Assembly (NCBI GenBank): GCA_934086255.1
Contig: CAKOIB010000002.1
Location: forward strand, 1-37,081
DNA length: 37,081 bases
Source: an uncultured Bacilli bacterium
GTDB lineage: Bacteria > Bacillota_I > Bacilli_A > RF39 > UBA660
Direction: 5' to 3'
Below are positions 28,211-37,081 of the stretch, piece by piece. Numbering within the stretch: the first letter of the stretch is position 1; each line of letters opens with the position of its first letter. Position numbers and translations under genes: made by a program. Below the pieces are notes generated by a model, which made no database searches, was not told the DNA's origin, and saw only the letters and a program-made list of their open reading frames with translations.

Positions 28211-28666
28211 ATGGATTATGATATTAATAGGGATACAGTAATGATTATTCCAATAAATGATAAGAAATCTAGAGTTATTGAAACTAATGGTGATTATATA
28301 GTTGATGATAATGCTTATTCTATTATGGAACGTAGTTGTTTGTATTTCGGAAGTTCATATGAGGGAAGACTTTTGAGTTCGAAAAGTATTCTTGGTAGTG
28401 TTTACAAGGCTCCAATTGTGGTTGAAGAAAGTAGAAGTATTATATTTTTTCCTGTAAAATCTTCAGTTGTAAAACAAAATGTTTGGATTTCTTTGAATAA
28501 TTTAGTTAGTTATAATAAACATGAGAAAAAAACTATTATAACCTTCAAGAGAGATAAACAAGTTTTATTGGATATTCCTTATTTTTCTATTGATAATCAG
28601 GTTCTTAGATCTACTTTGTTAGAATCTGTTATTCGTAGGAGAAAAAACGAAGAAAAAAACGATTAA
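28211..28666 (+). CDS. ComK-family transcription factor homolog
   Basis: IMERSCLYFGSSYEGR, YKAPIVVEESRSIIFFPVKS, NVWISLNNL and FSIDNQVLRS line up with my memory of B. subtilis ComK (IVDRSCRFFGSSYAGRK, HKPPIMVDPSNQIFLFPTLS, GWISHVHV, NSFENQVYRT). The start is set at ATG 28211 (RBS GGGGGTGA). Confidence 0.8.
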   Translation: MDYDINRDTVMIIPINDKKSRVIETNGDYIVDDNAYSIMERSCLYFGSSYEGRLLSSKSILGSVYKAPIVVEESRSIIFFPVKSSVVKQNVWISLNNLVSYNKHEKKTIITFKRDKQVLLDIPYFSIDNQVLRSTLLESVIRRRKNEEKND

Positions 28667-28700
28667 AAGTATTAAAATCGTTTTTTTTTAGGGTGTTTTA

Positions 28701-28709
28701 TGGTATAAT
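28701..28709 (+). promoter_or_regulatory. extended -10 element upstream of recF
   Basis: TGGTATAAT lies about 70 nt upstream of the recF ATG. It follows a hairpin plus T9 run that ends the ComK-family gene. Confidence 0.4.
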
Positions 28710-28781
28710 ATATGTGCAAGTATGAGTATACTGGTTTGGGAGTTGGTGCAAATTTGATATATTTTTATTTTATTTTTAAAT

Positions 28782-31804
<3,023 letters not shown>

Positions 31805-31813
31805 GAGGTTTTT

Positions 31814-34390
31814 ATGGATAATAAAGATAATATAGAAAAAGTCGAAGATGCTGCTTTGAATAATTCTGAGACTTTTGATGAAGAACTTGAAAAAGTAGAA
31901 GTTGATGTTGATAAGTTTAATGGATATTTTCATGAAAGGGATAGTTTAGCTGAAAATAATATTGTTGATGAGGTTAAAACTTCTTTCTTGGAATATTCAA
32001 TGAGTGTAATTACGTCTCGTGCTTTACCGGATTTAAGAGATGGTCTTAAACCTGTTCATAGACGTATTTTATGGAGTATGTTTAATTCTGGTTATACTCC
32101 AGATAAGCCACATAGAAAGAGTGCAAAAACAGTTGGTGAAGTAATGGGTAATTATCATCCACATGGTGATAGTTCTATTTATGAGGCTATGGTAAGAATG
32201 GCTCAGGATTTCAATCAACGTTATTTATTGATTGATGGTCATGGTAATTTTGGTAATATTGAAGGTGACGGCGCTGCTGCAATGCGTTATACTGAATCTC
32301 GTTTATCTAAGTTATCGCTTGAGCTTCTTAGTGATATTAGAAAAAATACTGTTGATATGACTAAAAATTTTGATGAAACTCTAGATGAGCCTGTTGTTTT
32401 ACCTAGTAGATTTCCTAATATTTTAGTTAATGGGACTATGGGTATTGCTGTTGGTATGGCTACTAATATACCACCACATAATTTAGGTGAGGTTATTGAT
32501 GGTTGTGTCGCTTATATTGATAATCCTGATATTGATACTTTAGGTTTAATGCAACATATAAAGGGTCCCGATTTTCCTACTGGAGGAATTATTCTTGGTA
32601 ATTCAGGTATTATGAGGGCTTATCAAACTGGTAAAGGTACAATTACTATTAGAAGTAAGGCAGAAATAGTTGAAAATGGTAATCATTCTAGTATAGTTGT
32701 TACTGAAGTTCCATATGGTGTTAATACTATGGATTTAAAAAATAGAGTTGCTGAGCTTGTCAGGGATAAGGTTATTGAAGGTATTTCTGATTATCATACT
32801 GATTTAAAGAATGGTGTTAAGATTACTATTACCTTAAAGAGAGATGCAAATCCTCAAGTTGTACTTAACAATTTATACAAACATACTAATTTTCAAATTA
32901 GCTATGGTATAACTTTGTTGATGATTGATGGAAAGACTCCTAGAACATTAGGATTAAAGGATATTATATCTAAATATATAGATCATCAAATGGAAGTTAT
33001 TATACGAAGAACTAAGTTTGATTTAGAAAAAGATGAAAAACGTGTTCATATTTTAGAAGGTTATAAAATTGCACAAGATAATATTGATGAAGTTATTAAG
33101 ATTATTAAAGCTGCTAAGAGTGATGTTGAAGCAAAAGAAAAATTAATGGATCGATTTGGTCTTACTGATGTGCAAACTGATGCTATTTTAGAATTGAAAT
33201 TACGTCGTTTAACTGGATTGGAACGTGAAAAGATTGAAGCTGAATTGCAAGCATTATTACTTGAAATTGAAGAATTGAAATCTATTTTAGCTAGTAATGA
33301 AAAGGTTCTTGCAATTATCAAGAAGGAAATGTTGGAAATTAAGGCTCGATTTGCTGATGAAAGAAGAACTTCAATTGATATGACTGCTATTGATTATATT
33401 GAGGATGAATCGTTAATACCTGTTGAAAACATTATGATTTCTCTTACAGAAAAAGGTTATATTAAGAGATTGTTAACAAGTACATACAGATCACAAAATC
33501 GTGGTGGTGTTGGTATTAAAGGTATGTCTACTAATGAAGAAGATTTTGTTAATAAGTTAGTTACTTGTTCTACTCATGATCATATATTATTCTTCACTAA
33601 TTTCGGTAAGGTATATAGAATAAAGGGATATGAAATACCTGAATCTAGTAGACAATCTAAGGGATTACCTATTGTTAATTTATTACCTTTGGAAAAAGGT
33701 GAAATTGTTAACTCAATTATTCCAATTAATCCTAATGATGTTGATGATAGTAAGAGTTTGATATTCTTTACTATGGGTGGTCTTGTTAAGAGAACTCCTA
33801 TAAGTGAGTTTGAATCTATTAGAAAGAATGGTAAAATTGCTATTACTCTTAAGGATGGAGATGAGTTAATTAGTGTTAAAATGACATCTGGTAATGATGA
33901 AGTTATTATGGCCTCTAATAGTGGAAGAATGGTACGTTTTGTGGAAACTGAAGTCCGTATGATGGGGCGTAGTGCTTCTGGTGTTAAGGGTATTGATTTA
34001 ACTGATTCTAAGGTAATTGGAGCTGAAATTGTAAATCCTAATGAATATATTTTAGTGGTAACAGAAAATGGTTATGGTAAGAAAACCGATGTTGGTGAAT
34101 ATAGACTTACTCATCGTGGTAGTAAGGGCGTAAAAGCGCTTAATATTACTGATAAAAATGGTTTAATTATTGCATTTAAATCTGTTATTGGGGACGAAGA
34201 TTTAATTATTACAACAAATAATGGTATTGTTATTAGACTTGATGTTTCTAAGATTTCTACTTTGAAGAGAAATACGCAAGGTGTTAGATTAATGAGTCTT
34301 AAAGATGGTCAGATTGTTACGTCAGTTACTGTAACAGAAAAGGTTGACGAAGATTTAGAAAATACCGAATCTAAAGAAAATGATGCTTAG
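31814..34390 (+). CDS. gyrA: DNA gyrase subunit A (with an acidic N-terminal extension of about 45 aa)
   Basis: [17 protein letters not shown], the catalytic Tyr region AAMRYTE, and C-terminal beta-pinwheel repeats. GGAGG RBS. Confidence 0.98.
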   Translation: MDNKDNIEKVEDAALNNSETFDEELEKVEVDVDKFNGYFHERDSLAENNIVDEVKTSFLEYSMSVITSRALPDLRDGLKPVHRRILWSMFNSGYTPDKPHRKSAKTVGEVMGNYHPHGDSSIYEAMVRMAQDFNQRYLLIDGHGNFGNIEGDGAAAMRYTESRLSKLSLELLSDIRKNTVDMTKNFDETLDEPVVLPSRFPNILVNGTMGIAVGMATNIPPHNLGEVIDGCVAYIDNPDIDTLGLMQHIKGPDFPTGGIILGNSGIMRAYQTGKGTITIRSKAEIVENGNHSSIVVTEVPYGVNTMDLKNRVAELVRDKVIEGISDYHTDLKNGVKITITLKRDANPQVVLNNLYKHTNFQISYGITLLMIDGKTPRTLGLKDIISKYIDHQMEVIIRRTKFDLEKDEKRVHILEGYKIAQDNIDEVIKIIKAAKSDVEAKEKLMDRFGLTDVQTDAILELKLRRLTGLEREKIEAELQALLLEIEELKSILASNEKVLAIIKKEMLEIKARFADERRTSIDMTAIDYIEDESLIPVENIMISLTEKGYIKRLLTSTYRSQNRGGVGIKGMSTNEEDFVNKLVTCSTHDHILFFTNFGKVYRIKGYEIPESSRQSKGLPIVNLLPLEKGEIVNSIIPINPNDVDDSKSLIFFTMGGLVKRTPISEFESIRKNGKIAITLKDGDELISVKMTSGNDEVIMASNSGRMVRFVETEVRMMGRSASGVKGIDLTDSKVIGAEIVNPNEYILVVTENGYGKKTDVGEYRLTHRGSKGVKALNITDKNGLIIAFKSVIGDEDLIITTNNGIVIRLDVSKISTLKRNTQGVRLMSLKDGQIVTSVTVTEKVDEDLENTESKENDA

Positions 34391-34402
34391 GCATCATTTT
34401 TT
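34379..34402 (+). terminator. intrinsic terminator after gyrA
   Basis: AATGATGC-TTAG-GCATCATT stem-loop, with the stop codon in the loop, followed by TTTTTT. Confidence 0.65.
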
Positions 34403-34481
34403 CTTACTATTTATAAAACAAATGTTTGTTATTTGCATTTTATAGTTTTTTTGCAGATTGTTAATAAGTGTTATTTTTCAA

Positions 34482-34497
34482 TGTTTCACGTGAAACT
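34482..34497. other. parS site a (15/16 match)
   Basis: TGTTTCACGTGAAACT compared with the consensus TGTTTCACGTGAAACA. A TGTTAATAA 9-mer begins 23 bp upstream. Confidence 0.75.
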
Positions 34498-34693
34498 TTT
34501 GTCAATATGTTATTAAATTTTAAATATAATTATTTTAAGTTTGATTTATTTTGTTTATATTAACTTAATTAATTATATTTTTATTTTGCTTTTTACATAA
34601 GTTATATATTAGTTTATAGTATTTGTGTTTTAATATGTATAGTTACAATTGTAAAACTTTTAATTTAAAATTGTTAATAAATATTTTTTTCAA

Positions 34694-34709
34694 TGTTTCA
34701 CGTGAAACA
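34694..34709. other. parS site b (16/16)
   Basis: TGTTTCACGTGAAACA lies inside the 22-bp perfect palindrome CAATGTTTCACGTGAAACATTG (34691-34712). It ends 1 nt before the -35 box of the SRP RNA promoter. Confidence 0.85.
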
Positions 34710-34713
34710 TTGA

Positions 34714-34742
34714 TTGACTATTTTTTGGTTTTATTATAATAT
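34714..34742 (+). promoter_or_regulatory. SRP RNA promoter
   Basis: TTGACT (34714-34719), a 17-nt spacer, then TAATAT (34737-34742). An alternative TATAAT lies at 34735-34740. The predicted start is near G34749. Confidence 0.55.
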
Positions 34743-34748
34743 ATATTT

Positions 34749-34819
34749 GTGCAACGCATAAGATTGAATTAGGTCAGGATTGGAAAATAGCAGCCTTAAG
34801 ATCCTCTATGCGTGTGCAC
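34749..34819 (+). ncRNA. ffs: small (4.5S-type) SRP RNA
   Basis: A single long hairpin, GTGCA.CGCATA...TATGCG.TGCAC. Its apex carries the universal domain IV motif GGTCAGG-ATT-GGAA-AAT-AGCAGCC (compare E. coli GGUCAGGUCCGGAAGGAAGCAGCC). It is followed by T8. Confidence 0.85.
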
Positions 34820-34838
34820 TTTTTTTTGGAGGTTTTTT

Positions 34839-35279
34839 ATGTTATTAAATGAAGACAATTATTACTTCAGTTTAGCTTTAAAAGAAGCAAAAAAAGCGTT
34901 AAAAACAAATAATGTTCCAGTAGGTTGTGTTATTGTTTTTAGAAATAGAGTAATTGCTAAAGCATACAATAAGAAAAATAGTAAAAATATTTCAGTATAT
35001 CATGCTGAAATATTGGCAATTATTAAAGCATGTAAATGTTTAAAAACTTTTATTTTAAATGAATGTACTATGTATGTTACCTTAGAACCTTGTAAAATGT
35101 GTATGAATGCTATTGCTGAATCGCGTATTAGAAATGTTAATTACTTAATTTCTTCCAAATATGAAATTAATTTAAAAAGTAACTATGATCGTATTAGCTG
35201 TAAACAATTTGATGATAATGAATTTGCAGATAAATATAAGAAAATATTGTCAGAGTTTTTTAGTAATATTAGAGGTTAA
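34839..35279 (+). CDS. tadA: tRNA-specific adenosine deaminase TadA
   Basis: CDA-fold zinc motifs HAE and PCKMC. Typical TadA length (146 aa). The start is set at ATG 34839, after a GGAGG RBS. Confidence 0.9.
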   Translation: MLLNEDNYYFSLALKEAKKALKTNNVPVGCVIVFRNRVIAKAYNKKNSKNISVYHAEILAIIKACKCLKTFILNECTMYVTLEPCKMCMNAIAESRIRNVNYLISSKYEINLKSNYDRISCKQFDDNEFADKYKKILSEFFSNIRG

Positions 35280-35282
35280 CAA

Positions 35283-35298
35283 TGTTTCACGTGAAACA
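35283..35298. other. parS site c (16/16)
   Basis: TGTTTCACGTGAAACA lies inside the 26-bp palindrome AACAATGTTTCACGTGAAACATTGTT. It starts 4 nt after the tadA stop codon and is followed by a TTT run. Confidence 0.85.
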
Positions 35299-35370
35299 TT
35301 GTTTTTAAAATAAAATTATATTAATGTATTATGTTCTTAAAAATGTTCATCTAATATAGATATAGCTTGT

Positions 35371-35394
35371 AAATTATTTCCCGGGAAATAATTT
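35371..35394. other. Noc-binding-site (NBS) palindrome 1
   Basis: The 24-bp perfect palindrome AAATTATTTCCCGGGAAATAATTT contains the B. subtilis NBS consensus ATTTCCCGGGAAAT exactly. Confidence 0.8.
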
Positions 35395-35439
35395 TGAATT
35401 GAAAAGTATTATTAAATTGTTAATAAGTATTTATTTTTA

Positions 35440-35455
35440 TGTTTCACGTGAAACA
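35440..35455. other. parS site d (16/16)
   Basis: TGTTTCACGTGAAACA. A TGTTAATAA 9-mer begins 22 bp upstream. Confidence 0.85.
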
Positions 35456-35556
35456 TTAGAAAATATCAATATTTTTAATATTTGTTTATTATTTTAAAAT
35501 ATTTTGTCTTTTTTTTTATTTAAGTAACTGTTTTAATTTTTTGCATTCTAATCTTA

Positions 35557-35572
35557 TGTTTCACGTGAAACA
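35557..35572. other. parS site e (16/16)
   Basis: TGTTTCACGTGAAACA, followed by TTGTTTTT. Confidence 0.85.
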
Positions 35573-35641
35573 TTGTTTTTAGATATAATAATACTGATTG
35601 CTATGATTTTGAAAATACTTATTAATATAAAATTGGGTTGT

Positions 35642-35665
35642 AAATTATTTCCCGGGAAATAATTT
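35642..35665. other. NBS palindrome 2
   Basis: AAATTATTTCCCGGGAAATAATTT, identical to copy 1. Confidence 0.8.
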
Positions 35666-35711
35666 TGAATTGAAAAGCATTATTAAATTGTTAATAAATA
35701 CTTATTTCTAA

Positions 35712-35727
35712 TGTTTCACGTGAAACA
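35712..35727. other. parS site f (16/16)
   Basis: TGTTTCACGTGAAACA. A TGTTAATAA 9-mer begins 23 bp upstream. Confidence 0.85.
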
Positions 35728-35826
35728 TTAGAAAATATCAATATTTTTAATGCTTGTTATTATTCTAAAATATTTTGTCTTTCTTTTTATTAAGTAATTG
35801 TTTTAATTTTTTTTATTCTAATCTTA

Positions 35827-35842
35827 TGTTTCACGTGAAACA
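35827..35842. other. parS site g (16/16)
   Basis: TGTTTCACGTGAAACA, followed by TTGTTTTT. Confidence 0.85.
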
Positions 35843-35910
35843 TTGTTTTTAGATAAAATAATATTGATTGTTATGATCTTGAAAATACTCATTATATAGA
35901 AATAACTTGT

Positions 35911-35934
35911 AAATTATTTCCCGGGAAATAATTT
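35911..35934. other. NBS palindrome 3
   Basis: AAATTATTTCCCGGGAAATAATTT, identical to copies 1 and 2. Confidence 0.8.
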
Positions 35935-35980
35935 CGAATTGAAAAGCATTATTAAATTGTTAATAAGTGCTTATTTCTAA

Positions 35981-35996
35981 TGTTTCACGTGAAACA
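35981..35996. other. parS site h (16/16)
   Basis: TGTTTCACGTGAAACA. A TGTTAATAA 9-mer begins 23 bp upstream. Confidence 0.85.
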
Positions 35997-36082
35997 TAAA
36001 AATGATTTATCAGGTTATCTTAGACATAGACTTTATTACTTTAATTTGATACAATATTTATAGTTGTTTTGGGGGTGATATT

Positions 36083-37081
36083 ATTGCTTATTTAGCTTTA
36101 TATAGAAAATATAGACCAACTAATTTTAATGAGGTCGCTGGTCAAGATTCTATTGTCAAGATACTTAAAAATTCTATTGTTAATGACTGCATTTCTCATG
36201 CTTATTTATTTGCTGGCCCAAGAGGAACTGGCAAAACAAGTATGGCTAAGATTATTGCTAAAACTATTAATTGCTTTAATTTGAATGGAATTACATTTTG
36301 CAATGAATGTGATAGTTGTATTGCTTTTAATAATAAAAATAATCCTGATATTATTGAAATTGATGCTGCTTCTAATAACGGTGTTGAAGAGATTAGAAAA
36401 ATAAGAGATAGTGTTAATTTAATGCCTAGTATATCGAAATATAAAATTTATATTATTGATGAGGTTCACATGTTATCGAGTGGAGCTTTTAATGCATTGT
36501 TAAAAACTCTTGAGGAACCTCCTGCTCATGTTATTTTTATATTGGCAACTACAGAATTTTACAAAATTCCAGAAACTATTATTTCTAGATGTCAATGTTT
36601 TAGTTTTGAACGCATTTCAAACAATGATATTGTTAATAAATTAAAATATATTGTTAATTGTGAAAAAATTAATATTGATGATGAAGTCTTGAATTTAATT
36701 GCAAAATATAGTGATGGTGGTTTAAGAGATTCGATTAGCATGTTAGATAAATTAACTTCTTATTCTGATAAAATTACTGTTGATGATTATTATACTTTAA
36801 AGGGTATTGTGAATGAGGAATATTTAAAATCTTTAACAGATTATATTTTCAATGCTGATGTTTCTAGTATTTTGAATCTATTAACTGAATTGGAAAATTT
36901 GGGTAAAGATATAGTTATTTTATTAGATAGTTTTATGGATTATCTTAAGGATCATTTAGTTTTATATAATAACAACGATTTTGATTCTATTTATAATTTA
37001 ATTCTTGAATTGAATGAATTAGATATATTATTAAAAAGAAGTAGTAACAAAAAAATTATTTTTGAAGTTGGAATTATTAAA
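36083..37081 (+). CDS. dnaX: DNA polymerase III subunit tau/gamma (DnaX), 5' part; runs off the window; apparent non-canonical start
   Basis: The manual translation reads ...IAYLALYRKYRPTNFNEVAGQDSIVKILKNSI...GPRGTGKTSMAKI...IIDEVHMLS..AFNALLKTLEEPP. The frame opens after a TGA at 36047. It has no ATG, GTG or TTG before the conserved N-terminus. ATT at 36083 lies about 7 nt after a GGGGGTGA RBS. Confidence 0.85.
   Translation, partial: MAYLALYRKYRPTNFNEVAGQDSIVKILKNSIVNDCISHAYLFAGPRGTGKTSMAKIIAKTINCFNLNGITFCNECDSCIAFNNKNNPDIIEIDAASNNGVEEIRKIRDSVNLMPSISKYKIYIIDEVHMLSSGAFNALLKTLEEPPAHVIFILATTEFYKIPETIISRCQCFSFERISNNDIVNKLKYIVNCEKINIDDEVLNLIAKYSDGGLRDSISMLDKLTSYSDKITVDDYYTLKGIVNEEYLKSLTDYIFNADVSSILNLLTELENLGKDIVILLDSFMDYLKDHLVLYNNNDFDSIYNLILELNELDILLKRSSNKKIIFEVGIIK

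Larger units (their letters stand above)
35281..35998. repeat. tandem repeat of about 270 bp, about 2.7 copies, carrying parS and NBS palindromes
   Basis: Homologous landmarks recur at 269-274 bp intervals: parS at 35283/35557/35827, NBS at 35371/35642/35911, and parS at 35440/35712/35981. The spacers show scattered substitutions and indels. The palindromes are identical. Confidence 0.9.

Noticed and set aside
35281-35998. The regularly spaced palindromic repeats could be a CRISPR array.
   Set aside because: The period is about 270 bp rather than about 60-70 bp. The spacers are themselves repeated. No cas genes or leader are present. The palindromes match parS and NBS exactly.
34440-36000. 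The palindrome-rich repeats could be a MITE, an IS remnant or a REP-type mobile element.
   Set aside because: I could see no transposase, no terminal inverted repeats bounding a unit and no target-site duplication. The sequences coincide base-for-base with the binding sites of two proteins encoded in the window. A dispersed REP-like distribution cannot be excluded without the whole genome.
37045-37065. The A7 run (AACAAAAAAATT) in dnaX could be a programmed frameshift or slippage site producing a gamma subunit.
   Set aside because: There is no downstream stimulatory structure or in-window stop pattern to support it. A runs are common in this AT-rich genome, and the window ends about 25 nt later.

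Overview
This window is the chromosomal replication-origin region of a very AT-rich, walled Bacillota genome. Its gene order follows the Bacillus ori region, and it uses the standard genetic code (TGA is a stop). Gene orientation flips at about 25.2 kb. To the left, nearly everything is on the minus strand: CotE-like fragment, L,D-transpeptidase, miaB, tRNA-Thr, ssrA, smpB, rnr, secG, eno, ychF, abgT, mscS, spo0J/parB, soj/parA, noc, rsmG, mnmG, mnmE, jag, yidC, rnpA and rpmH. To the right, everything is on the plus strand: dnaA, dnaN, a ComK-family gene, recF, gyrB, gyrA, SRP RNA, tadA and dnaX. Clusters of a 9-mer resembling a DnaA box (TTATTAACA) flank dnaA, giving a bipartite oriC. The non-routine content is the 1.7 kb gyrA-dnaX spacer. 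It carries eight matches to the ParB centromere site parS (TGTTTCACGTGAAACA; seven are perfect 16/16). It also carries three perfect Noc-binding-site palindromes (ATTTCCCGGGAAAT core). Most of these sit in a roughly 270-bp tandem repeat whose spacers have drifted while the palindromes have not. Both cognate proteins are encoded in the window. The Noc paralog is atypical: it has no obvious N-terminal membrane helix, it has a roughly 165-aa Q/N/T/P-rich linker, and it shares a 44-nt identical tract with parB. Smaller oddities are a ComK-family gene at the dnaN-recF position, an XRE/pseudo-ImmA gene between smpB and ssrA, an apparent ATT start for dnaX, and a minimal 71-nt SRP RNA. All calls come from reading the sequence and from remembered family signatures. 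No database search was run.
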